Positions 45,776 through 56,508 of a stretch of DNA of 64,000 bases are shown in pieces; the stretch's first letter is position 1; the number at the start of each line of letters is the position of its first letter. Position numbers and translations under genes: made by a program. The notes under the pieces were generated by a model. It worked only from the letters and a program-made list of their open reading frames with translations, was not told where the DNA came from and did not search any database. The DNA is taken from contig OY763414.1 of NCBI GenBank assembly GCA_963667435.1, positions 2,175,773 through 2,239,772 of the forward strand, written 5' to 3'. Source of the stretch: Marispirochaeta sp. (lineage in GTDB: Bacteria; Spirochaetota; Spirochaetia; JC444; Marispirochaetaceae).

Positions 45776-47605
45776 TTGATTTCACATCTAACCTGCCCTA
45801 TAATGTGTTTTGTGAAAGTACTCAATGATGCATCCAAAACAGACCTGCAGAAAAAACTCAGCAATCTGATTGACGACACGGAGGTAACATATACCACCCT
45901 GGCAGATATCTATCCTAAATTACTGGAAGAAGTTAACAACGGCTTTGCCAGGTCAGACAAACAGATCAGCCTGATTGCAGCAGAAGGCGGAAACGGCCTT
46001 GATGCCCTGCATATGATCATGGACAAAGCCCGCCTGTGTATTGAAAATGCACACAGCAGTTTTAATGACCTGAGTACGGAAGACGCCCGTCTGCTTAATA
46101 TCCTGAAAGAGAGTATCGGACGGCTGGATATACTGGAAGAACTAATAAACGCAATTACCTTCAATACGGAAGAAATGGAACTGATCTCCCTTAATGCCAT
46201 GGTAGTTGCCCTTAAAGCCGGTCATGAGGGAGGAGGCTTCTCCCACGTGACCGATGAGCTGCGTCGCATTTCGGGTCGTACGATTAATGATGCAAAGCTT
46301 TTAACCCAGGAAGGTAAACAGATACAGGCATATTTTGAAGATGTACAGACAACGGCAGACAATATATCCGGCCAGCAGGATGCCATCTTCAGCAAGTTCG
46401 GTCAGAAACTTTTTGAGCATTTTAAAACCATCGAGGAACGGTTAACGGCAATCGTTAACTTCTTCACCGAACTGCGCAGCCGGGCAGAAGATATTCAGAC
46501 TTCCCTCTATACCATAATGGAGGCAATACAGGCGCAGGACCTCATACGCCAGACTATAGACCATATAAAACTAACCCTTGAAAAAGTACAGGATATTGAA
46601 CTCGAGGATAACAACCAGGACCATGAAAACCTTATTCTCGATGAATACACCTTTCTGGAACAGGTTGCCAATCTCGGAGCGTTTCTACTGGATAATATTT
46701 CCAGTACCATCATGGAGAACCATGAAACCTTTATAACAGGCATTCATACCATCCGAGAGACAGTTGAAGATATTGAGCATGAACGGGATACTTTTGTAAC
46801 CCGTCAAATCGAAGGTGGAGATTACGAGAGAGGTATCAGCCAGCTGCTTATGGAATCAGAAGAAGAGCTGGGAATCATGCTTAGGGACACCCGCAAAGTA
46901 CCGAAACTGAAACAAACTATGCGTACCGCCAATAGTTCCTTCATCGGACGGATACAGGGACTGGAGGAAGGCTTTCAGAACTTCGCCAATCAGATAGGCA
47001 GATTTCGCAATATCAATGTTGCTGCCAGAATAGAAGTTGCAAAGAGACAAATCCTTAAGGGCATGGAGGCTACAGTACATGAAATGCGGGAACTCACCGA
47101 CAGCATCTTCGGTTCTGTAGAACAAGCCCTCAGTACAACCACGGAATTCATTGAATCTGCCCAGGAAGCAGAAGCAGGTTTCAAAGCTTCCTACCGTCAG
47201 GAAACCGTTCTAGTGGAGACCTTCACTTCGGATATTCAGCAGCTCTATGGAAAACTCAAGGATACTAACAATGAAATTGTTTCAACCATGAGGAGCTTCT
47301 CTCTTTTTACATATCAGTTCAGAGAAATTTTCGGTGTTACCGGGAACAGTGCAGAGAATCTTAAAGCCCTGAGTCTGAAAGCAAGGGGAATTATGGAACT
47401 CTTTGAAAAAACCGCGCGAAACGCTTCGGCCCGAAAAGATCATATAATAAAGGAACGGGGCATTGAAACCTGGGAAATTCATGAGCAGCGACTGCAGGAG
47501 ACCGTGCAGGAGTTTACCATATACGCACACAAAGCCCGGGCCGGAGAAATTGCCGGGTTTGCGGTGGAAGAAGGTACGACGGAAGGAGATGTAACCTTCT
47601 TCTAA
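45776..47605 (+). CDS. Soluble (no TM) coiled-coil protein with a divergent MCP-signalling-domain-like core.
   Basis: ISLNAMVVALKAGHEGGGFSHVTDELRRISGRT aligns to the chemoreceptor hairpin consensus [33 protein letters not shown] with non-conservative changes. A second weaker copy is NINVAARIEVAKRQ. Confidence 0.5.
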   Translation: MISHLTCPIMCFVKVLNDASKTDLQKKLSNLIDDTEVTYTTLADIYPKLLEEVNNGFARSDKQISLIAAEGGNGLDALHMIMDKARLCIENAHSSFNDLSTEDARLLNILKESIGRLDILEELINAITFNTEEMELISLNAMVVALKAGHEGGGFSHVTDELRRISGRTINDAKLLTQEGKQIQAYFEDVQTTADNISGQQDAIFSKFGQKLFEHFKTIEERLTAIVNFFTELRSRAEDIQTSLYTIMEAIQAQDLIRQTIDHIKLTLEKVQDIELEDNNQDHENLILDEYTFLEQVANLGAFLLDNISSTIMENHETFITGIHTIRETVEDIEHERDTFVTRQIEGGDYERGISQLLMESEEELGIMLRDTRKVPKLKQTMRTANSSFIGRIQGLEEGFQNFANQIGRFRNINVAARIEVAKRQILKGMEATVHEMRELTDSIFGSVEQALSTTTEFIESAQEAEAGFKASYRQETVLVETFTSDIQQLYGKLKDTNNEIVSTMRSFSLFTYQFREIFGVTGNSAENLKALSLKARGIMELFEKTARNASARKDHIIKERGIETWEIHEQRLQETVQEFTIYAHKARAGEIAGFAVEEGTTEGDVTFF

Positions 47606-47697
47606 GAGAACCTTCTTATAGAAGCTGCTTGACAAGAGCAGTCAGTCACGCCTAGGATTGCCCACAGACATTGTCAGTTATAATCAAGGAGTCCCTA

Positions 47698-49019
47698 TGA
47701 AACGCCCTTCTGCCGTGGCAATCCTCGGATGCGGTACCGTTGGCGGTGCGACCGCCCAGCTGCTGGTAAAAGAACAGGATAATCTAAAGAAAAAAACCGG
47801 CACAGATATAGAATTGCGCTATATTGTAGATAAAGATTTTTCCCATGCTGAATCACTCAACCTCAGTCCCTCTCTTTTTACAGAAGACCTGGATAAAGCC
47901 CTTGCTGATCCTGATGTTGCGGTTGTGGTGGAACTTATCGGCGGCACTGGAATTGCAAAAACACTTACAGAAAAGATCCTCCGGGCAGGAAAGAAGGTAG
48001 TTACCGCCAATAAAGCCCTTCTGGCAAAACATGGCGTGGAACTCATGACTATTGCCAGAGAATCCGGAAGCTCTATCTCTTTTGAAGCCTCCTGCGGCGG
48101 AGGAATCCCCATTATCCGTGCTCTTTATGACGGCATCCTGGCTAACCGCATCGACGCCTTTTACGGCATTGTAAACGGTACCTGTAATTACATCCTCACA
48201 GAGATGATACAGAAGGGTAACAGCTATGAAGTCGCCCTCAAGGAGGCTCAGGAGACCGGCCTGGCCGAAGCCGACCCAACTTTGGATGTAACCGGAGGAG
48301 ATTCAGCACACAAGCTTGCCATTATGTCCTCCCTCGCCTTTGGGCGGCAGGTCAGTCTGGATGAAATTCCTACAGGCGGTATAGACAACCTGAAGCTTAC
48401 TGACCTGAATTTCGGCAAAGAGCTTGGATATGTAGTTAAACTTCTTGCCATAGCTCAGAGCAACGGAGATGGACTCTCCTTACGGGTACGTCCCGCTTTC
48501 ATCTCAACCGAACACCCCCTGGCCTGGGTTTCAGGACCATTCAACGCAGTAAGCGTATACGGTCATGCAGTAGGTCATACCATGTACTACGGTCGGGGTG
48601 CCGGAGGCAGTCCCACTGCAAGCGCAGTTGTAGCTGATGTTATTTCCGCCTGTCTGGGTACTGCGGACCTTATTTTCAACAGCCTTAATATCTGGCCGGA
48701 CCGGACAGAGCCTGCTACTCAGTTAGCACCGGAAGAAACTATCGGCCGCTTCTATGTCCGACTCATGGTTGAGGATAAACCCGGAACCTTTGCCCGCATT
48801 GCAGATATCTTCGGTAAAAACAATATTTCCCTCTCCTCCGTACTGCAGAAAGAACCTCATCAGAACCGACCTGACGTTCTTCCAGTGGTAATAACCACCC
48901 ATAGCGTACGGGAAGGTGACTTGAGAACAGCCCTTGCAACGCTGGATTCCCTGCCCGTGGTTAAGGAACCCGGTATTTGCATAGAAATTCTCGATGAACA
49001 CGAAGAAGAGCTCGCTTGA
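47698..49019 (+). CDS. hom: Homoserine dehydrogenase with a C-terminal ACT domain.
   Basis: NAD-binding ILGCGTVGG, the catalytic region ...GIVNGTCNYIL... and an ACT at the C-terminus. RBS AAGGAG. Confidence 0.85.
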
Positions 49020-49109
49020 CACACAAAGATTGATTATTATTCAGTAATATAATATGCGTTGCCCGGACGGCTGGAACCACCGTCCACGGCACGGGTACCG
49101 GAGGACAGT

Positions 49110-51626
49110 ATGGGAAAAAAAAGCCTTTCCATCCCGACACGTCAGGGTCATGACGCTGAGTCAATCGCCTGGGGCTACGCTGAACATCTGAAATTCACCC
49201 TCGGCGTGGATCGTTACTCTTCATCCAATTTCGACCGTTACATGGCCCTTGCCCTGGCGGTTAAAGACCGACTTATCAACCAGTGGATGAAAACCCAGCA
49301 GACTCATCACCTGCAGAAGGTAAAAAGAATATACTACCTCTCTCTGGAGTTTCTTATCGGTCGGTCCATGGGCAATAATGTTATTAATATGGGGCTGCAG
49401 AAGGCTGTCGAGGAAGCCCTTGCAGAACTCGGATACACCTGGGAAGAACTCAGGGAAGAAGAGATCGATGCCGGCCTTGGGAACGGCGGTCTTGGTCGTC
49501 TTGCGGCCTGCTTTCTTGATTCCATGGCAACCCTGAATCTACCCTCCTTCGGTTATGGATTGCGTTATGATTACGGAATCTTCAGGCAGCAGATTGAAAA
49601 CGGCTGGCAGGTGGAACAGCCTGACGACTGGCTCCGAAGGGGCAACCCCTGGGAAATTGAACGGCCTGATATCGTGGTTCCTGTTCATTTCGGCGGTAAA
49701 GTTGAAAGCTTCACGGATAAAGGAAAACGGCTTTTTGTCTGGACCGAAACCAACCCGGTTCTGGCAATTGCCTACGATACCCCTATCGTCGGTTATGGCG
49801 GACAGACGGTAAACACCCTCCGTCTCTGGAGCGCCAGGGCGGCAGAAGAGTTTGATTTCAGTGAGTTCAACGAAGGTGATTATGTAGAGGCTGTTGCATC
49901 CAAGGTGAATGCTGAAAACCTCACAAAAGTCCTTTACCCTAATGACAAACTCTATCTGGGCAAGGAACTGCGCCTGCAGCAGCAGTATCTTTTCGTTGCC
50001 AGTTCCCTGGCGGATATTATCCGTCGATTCAAGAAAGGAGGCCACCCCTGGTCGGATTTCCCCAAGTACAATGCAGTTCAGCTCAATGATACCCACCCGT
50101 CTCTGGCTGTCCCTGAACTGATGAGACTGCTAATTGATGAAAACCAGCTTGACTGGGACAGCGCCTGGGCAATTACGGTGAACACCCTTGGATATACAAA
50201 TCACACCCTCATGCCTGAAGCCCTTGAGAAATGGCCGGTTCCTATGCTCGAGAAGTTACTCCCGAGGCACCTGCAGATAATCTACGAAGTCAACCATCGC
50301 TTCCTTCAGAGAGTAGCCATTGCCTTTCCCGGGGACATGCCGCGCATGAACAGAATGAGCATCGTTGAAGAAGGAGATGTCAAACAGATCCGCATGGCAA
50401 ATCTCTCAATAATCGGCTCCCACTCAACCAACGGTGTAGCAGCTCTGCATACTGATCTTCTCAGATCGAATCTTGTACCTGACTTTGCCGCCCTGTATCC
50501 AGAACGCTTTAATAACAAGACAAATGGAATAACCCAGCGTCGCTGGCTCCTGAAGGCAAACCCGGATCTGGCTGCCCTGATAAGCAAGAACATAGGCGAC
50601 GGCTGGATAACTGACATGTCACAGCTGAAACAGCTTGCCCCTTATGCTGACAAGGCTGACTTCCGCAGCAGCTTTGAAGAAGTTAAGAGCACCGCCAAGA
50701 AGCAGCTTGCGGAGATCCTGAAACGGGAACACGAGTTCGATCTGGACCCGTCATCAATTTTTGATGTTCAGATCAAGCGTATCCATGAATATAAAAGACA
50801 GTTCCTTAATGCCCTCCACATAGTAATGCTCTATAACCGCATCCGTGAAAAAGGAACAAAGGGTATGGTCCCCAGAACCTTCCTGATAGCAGGAAAAGCC
50901 GCCCCGGGATATATGCTGGCAAAACTGATTATCAAGCTGATAAATAACATAAGCAGTGTGATAAATAACGATCCGAAAGTACGCAAATATCTGCGGGTTT
51001 ATTTTGTTCCCAATTACCGGGTATCCCTGGCGGAAAAACTCTTTCCGGCGGCGGAAGTTTCCCAGCAGATATCAACAGCGGGGACCGAAGCTTCTGGTAC
51101 AGGGAACATGAAGTTCATGTGTAACGGGGCTCTAACCCTGGGAACTCTTGATGGTGCCAATATCGAGATAGTTGAAGAGGTGGGACAGGAGAACGCTTTT
51201 ATCTTCGGGCTTACCGCAGACGAGGCCGAAACGCTCCGTCCACATTACAATCCCTTTGAATACTACAACAACGACCCGGAAATTAAAGCCGCAGTAGATC
51301 TTCTGTTCTCAGGACACTTCAATATTTCCGAGCCCCATATTTTTGAACCTCTTCGGCAGTCGCTTTTTGACCACGGAGACAGGTACATGAACCTCGCCGA
51401 CCTCAGGTCATACGCGGATGCCCAGGACAAGGTCCAGAAACTCTACAGAGACCGGGATGAGTGGAACCGTAAAGCGATACTGAATATTGCATATTCCGGG
51501 AAATTCTCCTCAGACAGGACTATACTTGAATACGCGGAAGATATATGGAACGCCAAACCATGTTCCGTAGATACCGCCCACGATCCCACAGATACCCTTG
51601 CGGAAGCAAGAAAAGTGGAGAAATAG
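49110..51626 (+). CDS. glgP: Glycogen / alpha-glucan phosphorylase.
   Basis: The PLP-site region EASGTGNMKFMCNGALTLGTLDGANIE and LSLEFLIGR. About 840 aa. RBS GGAGG before ATG 49110. Confidence 0.9.
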   Translation: MGKKSLSIPTRQGHDAESIAWGYAEHLKFTLGVDRYSSSNFDRYMALALAVKDRLINQWMKTQQTHHLQKVKRIYYLSLEFLIGRSMGNNVINMGLQKAVEEALAELGYTWEELREEEIDAGLGNGGLGRLAACFLDSMATLNLPSFGYGLRYDYGIFRQQIENGWQVEQPDDWLRRGNPWEIERPDIVVPVHFGGKVESFTDKGKRLFVWTETNPVLAIAYDTPIVGYGGQTVNTLRLWSARAAEEFDFSEFNEGDYVEAVASKVNAENLTKVLYPNDKLYLGKELRLQQQYLFVASSLADIIRRFKKGGHPWSDFPKYNAVQLNDTHPSLAVPELMRLLIDENQLDWDSAWAITVNTLGYTNHTLMPEALEKWPVPMLEKLLPRHLQIIYEVNHRFLQRVAIAFPGDMPRMNRMSIVEEGDVKQIRMANLSIIGSHSTNGVAALHTDLLRSNLVPDFAALYPERFNNKTNGITQRRWLLKANPDLAALISKNIGDGWITDMSQLKQLAPYADKADFRSSFEEVKSTAKKQLAEILKREHEFDLDPSSIFDVQIKRIHEYKRQFLNALHIVMLYNRIREKGTKGMVPRTFLIAGKAAPGYMLAKLIIKLINNISSVINNDPKVRKYLRVYFVPNYRVSLAEKLFPAAEVSQQISTAGTEASGTGNMKFMCNGALTLGTLDGANIEIVEEVGQENAFIFGLTADEAETLRPHYNPFEYYNNDPEIKAAVDLLFSGHFNISEPHIFEPLRQSLFDHGDRYMNLADLRSYADAQDKVQKLYRDRDEWNRKAILNIAYSGKFSSDRTILEYAEDIWNAKPCSVDTAHDPTDTLAEARKVEK

Positions 51627-51702
51627 GCCGGAGGGACTCAACTATTGACCCCTCCAAGTCGATGATGTTATCGTGAGTTCAAGAAAAAAAGATGGAGGAC
51701 CT

Positions 51703-52014
51703 ATGCCGGCCAATGAAGAACACCTAGATTTGGATGCCGCCACGTCCGGAAAAATTTACTGCGCCAACTGCGTTCACTGTAAACTTGTACGTGAAGCTCA
51801 GGGTGGAATGCGCTACTCTCTGCGTGTCCGCTGCGATGCAGGCAAATGGCGCAAGAAACTCGGCGAAGAGAAAATATATAAGTACTTTACCGTTGCCCGC
51901 CGGAGTCTCGACTCCTGCGATGCCTATGAACCCATGGGAGACCCCAAGGAGTTCATGAAGGAACTGAAAAAGAGCCTTCCCATAAAGGACGAAATCTATA
52001 CAAGCCGCGATTAA
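51703..52014 (+). CDS. Small Cys-containing protein (CxxCxxC...C...C), uncharacterized.
   Basis: RBS GGAGG 5 nt before ATG 51703. CANCVHC plus two further Cys; basic. Confidence 0.4.
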   Translation: MPANEEHLDLDAATSGKIYCANCVHCKLVREAQGGMRYSLRVRCDAGKWRKKLGEEKIYKYFTVARRSLDSCDAYEPMGDPKEFMKELKKSLPIKDEIYTSRD

Positions 52015-52032
52015 TATGCTTAACTTTTTCTC

Positions 52033-52452
52033 ATGATTAAGAAAATTTCGGCTTTATGCCTTCTACTGTCAGTCTTGTTTCTTTTCTCATGCATTGGAGT
52101 ACCTGCCCCGGAGGACATCCCGGATACCCTTACCCCCATGGAATATTTCCAGCGAGCCCAGGATGCTGTTGCGAGCCGCAATGACTACGATACCGCCCTT
52201 GTCTACTACACCACCTTCAAAGAACGGTTCCCCCAGGATCTGCAGGGAAACGTGGAAGCTGATTACGAAATAGGCTTTATTCATTACAAGCAGGGTGAGT
52301 ATCAGGTGGCAAAAGAGATTCTATCCAACGTGGTTGCACGTTATGAAACCGAAGAAGCAGCCAAACTGAAAGAATGGCCGCTGATTCTTTCCAGAAAAAT
52401 TCTTACAAAAATTGATTCAATTGAATCCGCACAGATAATACCCGCAGGCTGA
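52033..52452 (+). CDS. Small lipoprotein with a TPR-like helical repeat.
   Basis: Lipobox LFSC. ALVYYTTFKERFP...EADYEIGFIHYKQGEY resembles TPR/BamD-type repeats. Confidence 0.5.
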   Translation: MIKKISALCLLLSVLFLFSCIGVPAPEDIPDTLTPMEYFQRAQDAVASRNDYDTALVYYTTFKERFPQDLQGNVEADYEIGFIHYKQGEYQVAKEILSNVVARYETEEAAKLKEWPLILSRKILTKIDSIESAQIIPAG

Positions 52453-52468
52453 ACCTGTTCGTCATCTG

Positions 52469-53581
52469 TTATTGAGGCAGAATGATGGTATAGAGCTCTA
52501 TAGACAGGGCTTCCGCCTCGGTATAGACCATCTCTTTTGTAATTTTTCCCCTTGGCCGCGGATGGGGAGGAGCATCTCCCACAAGGATGATCTTCCTGCT
52601 TTCCGCCGCCCAGGGGTATGATTTTATTCCTGCGTAAAGGGCCTCGTACACCGCTTCCGGAATATCGCGTCCGCCAAAAACCCTTATCCTGTCCAGAATC
52701 CGCTGAACAGTCTCCACACCACCTACCTGGAAAGGAAAAACGTCGGTAATATACTCTTCATCATAATCCTTGTAGAGTACGACACCTACCCGCAGCATGG
52801 AGAAACCTTCCGCTTTCTCCCTCAGAAGAGGGACAAGACTCTTGCGCAGGTGAGGGATATCGTTCTCCATACTCTGTGTAGTGTCCAGAGCAAGCACAAG
52901 ATCAAGGCTCTTCCCTTCTGTATCGTCGATAATCTCTTCTATCTTATCAACAATATCATCCTCTCCACGGCTGTAAATAAGACGACCATCACCTTCGTTG
53001 CTGATTTCTGTATAGGCGTTGACGGTGTCTTCCATATAATTACCTTCCGGAGGACCTTCGAAGGGTTTCTGCATAACAGTCAGAATAAAGGGATTATCCC
53101 TGAACGTCCCGGAATAGTCTGCGTAGGCGTTCTCAAATCCCCTCACACTTAAATAGGTTCCGTCAAGAACCTGCACCTCACCGTTACGGCTCCAGGGGTA
53201 ACCGTAAACAACTATGTAGGGGATAAAAATATGGTAAACAGGCCCCAGATACTCGTGATCCTCCGGGGTTGAATCAATCAGAGAAACTCCCCGTTTTTCC
53301 ACCAGGAATTCTCCATTTAGCATTCTTTTCTCACTTGCAGATGTCTGTACAGCAGCCGGATCCCGGTATGCATAGCTTGCAGTTTCCCGGGTGGGATCTT
53401 CCGTTGACTCCGTAAGAAGAACCGAACCAAGCCCGGGAACAGCTTTTATGTACAGGTCATATCCCCCGGACAGACTTTGTTCGATAACCAGATCTTCAGG
53501 GGTGATAGTAAGGGAATCTCCGAAAATAGCAGCTATACACTGCAGGATAATCAGGACAATGACCGGAATCCGTGTTTCCAT
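52469..53581 (-). CDS. Secreted von Willebrand factor A (VWA) domain protein.
   Basis: Signal peptide and a VWA with the MIDAS motif (LDLVLALDTTQSMEND ... GGRDIPEAV ... ILVGDAPPH). Confidence 0.7.
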   Translation of the reverse strand: METRIPVIVLIILQCIAAIFGDSLTITPEDLVIEQSLSGGYDLYIKAVPGLGSVLLTESTEDPTRETASYAYRDPAAVQTSASEKRMLNGEFLVEKRGVSLIDSTPEDHEYLGPVYHIFIPYIVVYGYPWSRNGEVQVLDGTYLSVRGFENAYADYSGTFRDNPFILTVMQKPFEGPPEGNYMEDTVNAYTEISNEGDGRLIYSRGEDDIVDKIEEIIDDTEGKSLDLVLALDTTQSMENDIPHLRKSLVPLLREKAEGFSMLRVGVVLYKDYDEEYITDVFPFQVGGVETVQRILDRIRVFGGRDIPEAVYEALYAGIKSYPWAAESRKIILVGDAPPHPRPRGKITKEMVYTEAEALSIELYTIILPQ

Positions 53582-53659
53582 ATATACAGTATCGGCGTCG
53601 AAGTCCGCCAGGCTTATTACTATTGGCGAGAAGGAAATTTTCCACTACAATTCCGCACT

Positions 53660-54106
53660 ATGAAGAGAATAATAATCGCCAATGATCACGGCGCAGTAGC
53701 TATCAAGAACCAGATAGTCAAACATCTGGAGTCAAGAGGATTCAGCGTTGACAATGTAGGAGTAGATTCAGAAGACTCAGTCGATTATCCCGATATGGCG
53801 GAAAAAGCCTGTACCCGTTTTCTGAAAGACGGTGGGTATGAGTTCGGTATTGTCTGCTGCGGAACAGGAATCGGTATTTCAATCTCCGCCAACAAAGTGA
53901 AGGGCATTCGCTGCGCCCTGCCTCAGAATGTTTATGCAGCCCAGATGGCAAAAGAGCATAACAATGCAAACTTCATTGCCTTCGGCGGCCGTATCGATTA
54001 CCCCGAAACAGTGGAGGAGATGCTGGATATCTTCATTGATACCGAGTTCGGCGGAGACAGGCATGCCCGCAGAGTCAACAAAATGATGGGGCTTGAAAAC
54101 TGCTGA
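53660..54106 (+). CDS. rpiB: Ribose-5-phosphate isomerase B (RpiB/LacAB family).
   Basis: IIIANDHGAV...GIVCCGTGIGISISANKV...RHARRV. Confidence 0.85.
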   Translation: MKRIIIANDHGAVAIKNQIVKHLESRGFSVDNVGVDSEDSVDYPDMAEKACTRFLKDGGYEFGIVCCGTGIGISISANKVKGIRCALPQNVYAAQMAKEHNNANFIAFGGRIDYPETVEEMLDIFIDTEFGGDRHARRVNKMMGLENC

Positions 54107-54117
54107 AATCTGTCTGA

Positions 54118-54609
54118 TCAGAGTTCAACGATCGCCGGAAAAGGTGGAAGAAGCCATTCCGGCGTAGTACCCATAAAATAGTTAAACCGGCGCTCAAAAG
54201 CGGGAATGAGACTACACAAGTCAAAACCTGCTTCTGCCCGGTAAATCAGGCAGCCTCCGTTCCCGAATGGACGGTAATAGTACCGACTCCCGTCAACACT
54301 CAATTCACCAGCTTTCACCGTGCAGTCCGCCAAATCCCAGCTCTTCAATTCGTCTAAATCATCTTCAAGAAAATAGACTTCAAATTTATCCTCCCTTAGA
54401 GAATATTCTGCCTTAAAATAGGGAGTCAGATCTCGCGGAAAGAATGGCAGGCCCGTCTCACGGTAGGGCCCTTTCTGGAGAATCAGCAGTGCTCCCGAGG
54501 CATTATTCTCAGCCTGCAGAGGTGATGAGACAGGAATCAGAAGAAGGGTGTATAAGAGCCCGGATAGAACAATCAGAATAAGAGATCTACCCGGCCGGGT
54601 TCTGAACAT
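54118..54609 (-). CDS. Uncharacterized secreted protein.
   Basis: N-terminal signal peptide and no motif. Convergent with rpiB. Confidence 0.4.
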   Translation of the reverse strand: MFRTRPGRSLILIVLSGLLYTLLLIPVSSPLQAENNASGALLILQKGPYRETGLPFFPRDLTPYFKAEYSLREDKFEVYFLEDDLDELKSWDLADCTVKAGELSVDGSRYYYRPFGNGGCLIYRAEAGFDLCSLIPAFERRFNYFMGTTPEWLLPPFPAIVEL

Positions 54610-54618
54610 AAACCGTTA

Positions 54619-56442
54619 CTACTCAACCGTAACGCTCTTGGCAAGGTTCCGCGGTTGATCAACATCACGTCCGAGTTTCAGGGCTATATAATAGGCAAAA
54701 AGCTGGAGAGGAACCACCATAACATATGGATAAAAAAGAGCATCCGTTTTTGGAACAAAAATGGTATCATCAGCGATCCCGGCGACTTCATTATCACCCT
54801 CTACCGCCAGGGCAATAACCTTACCCTTTCGCGCTTTTACCTCTTTTATATTTGAGATGATTTTCTCCCTGAGATGATCATCGGGAACAATAAACAACGA
54901 AGGGGTTTCCTCGTTAATCAAGGCAATTGGACCATGTTTGATTTCAGCAGAGCTGTAGCCTTCCGCATGAATATATGATATCTCCTTGAGCTTCAGAGCC
55001 CCTTCAAGAGCCACCGGATAGTTTATTCCCCGTCCCAGAAACAGAAAATTCTTTGCATCCGCATACTTCTCTGCAACCTTACGGATGGCTTCCGCATTAG
55101 CAAGAACCTGACTGATTTTCTCCGGCACACTTTCCAGAGCTTCAATAAACTCAAGCCCCTGCTCCCAGGACATATGCTTCATTCTGCCCATAAGCAGAGT
55201 AAACAGATAAAACACGGTAATCTGGCTGGTAAAGGCCTTTGTGGATGCCACGGCAATCTCTGGGCCGGAGTGTATATAAGTGCCTCCGTCGGACTCCCGG
55301 GCTATGGTGGAACCAACAACATTACAAACGCCGAGAACCTTGCCACCCTTGCGTTGCAGTTCCCGCATGGCAAAAAGGGTATCAATGGTTTCACCTGACT
55401 GGGATACAGCAAAATGGAGAGAATTCTTTTCAACAATAGGATTCCTGTAGCGGATTTCCGATGACAGCTCGGCAGAGGACGGAATCCGGGCAACACTCTC
55501 CATCAGATATGCACCTACAAGTCCTGCATAAAATGAGGTACCCGCTGCAATTATTTTTATCCGCTCAAGGTTCAGCAGCTCGCTTGGCATAAGATTCAGT
55601 CCGCCAAGGTGGGCAGTTCCAGCCTCTTTGTTCAGCCGGCCCTGAAAGGCCCGGGTTACCGATTCCGCCTGCTCCCGGATCTCCTTCTCCATATAGTGGG
55701 TAAAGCCGTCTTTCTCTATCTGGTCCAGTTCCCAGGATATGGTATCGACACGCTTCTGGATCTCTCTGTTGCCGGAGTCGACGATCTTGAATCCCTCGGC
55801 ATCAATAAGAACAACTTCGCCGTCCTCAAGGTACACAGCCTGCTTTGTATAGGCCAGGACAGCCGTGGTATCCGAGGCGAGGAACATCTCATCTTCACCT
55901 ACACCTAAAACCAGGGGAGATCCGTTGCGGGCTCCGATAATTTTACCCGGCTCATCTGCATGGAGACAGACTATTCCATAGGTACCCTTAAGCAAAGGAA
56001 GAGACGCCTGTACTGCCGCAGCAAGATCTCCGGAATAGTTGTAGGCAATGAGATGGGCAATTACCTCTGAATCAGTCTCGGTCTTGAATACAAAACCCTC
56101 ATGTTCCAGCATCTCTTTCAGAGAGAGATAATTCTCAATAATTCCATTATGACAGATAGCTACTTTTCCCGATGCATCTGTGTGTGGATGCGCATTCGTT
56201 TCCGTAACTCCGCCATGAGTCGCCCATCGGGTATGCCCGATACCGCAGCTGCCGGTTAGACCTTTCGGCACGGCAGCACTCAATACCCGAATTTTACCGG
56301 GACGCTTCACAATAGTTATGGTACCGGCATTTTCTACCGCTATTCCGGCAGAATCATACCCCCGGTACTCCAGTCTGCGCAGCCCTTGAAGAAGAACTTC
56401 AGAAGAGACCCTCCGGCCGACATAGCCCACTATTCCACACAT
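54619..56442 (-). CDS. glmS: Glutamine--fructose-6-phosphate aminotransferase (isomerizing).
   Basis: MCGIVGY N-terminal nucleophile, two SIS domains and the C-terminus ...AKSVTVE. Confidence 0.95.
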   Translation of the reverse strand: MCGIVGYVGRRVSSEVLLQGLRRLEYRGYDSAGIAVENAGTITIVKRPGKIRVLSAAVPKGLTGSCGIGHTRWATHGGVTETNAHPHTDASGKVAICHNGIIENYLSLKEMLEHEGFVFKTETDSEVIAHLIAYNYSGDLAAAVQASLPLLKGTYGIVCLHADEPGKIIGARNGSPLVLGVGEDEMFLASDTTAVLAYTKQAVYLEDGEVVLIDAEGFKIVDSGNREIQKRVDTISWELDQIEKDGFTHYMEKEIREQAESVTRAFQGRLNKEAGTAHLGGLNLMPSELLNLERIKIIAAGTSFYAGLVGAYLMESVARIPSSAELSSEIRYRNPIVEKNSLHFAVSQSGETIDTLFAMRELQRKGGKVLGVCNVVGSTIARESDGGTYIHSGPEIAVASTKAFTSQITVFYLFTLLMGRMKHMSWEQGLEFIEALESVPEKISQVLANAEAIRKVAEKYADAKNFLFLGRGINYPVALEGALKLKEISYIHAEGYSSAEIKHGPIALINEETPSLFIVPDDHLREKIISNIKEVKARKGKVIALAVEGDNEVAGIADDTIFVPKTDALFYPYVMVVPLQLFAYYIALKLGRDVDQPRNLAKSVTVE

Positions 56443-56508
56443 ATTTATATCCTCGAAAAGTAAGATCTTACGCCTGAAAGTACCACAGGCATCAGAGAAT
56501 AACCAGCA

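Noticed and set aside
47606-47640. Partial inverted repeat CTTCTAAGAG...CTTATAGAAG after the MCP-like gene.
   Set aside because: The arms are imperfect and there is no T tract. It is more likely just the stop-codon context. The TTGACA promoter of hom at 47629 explains the region.
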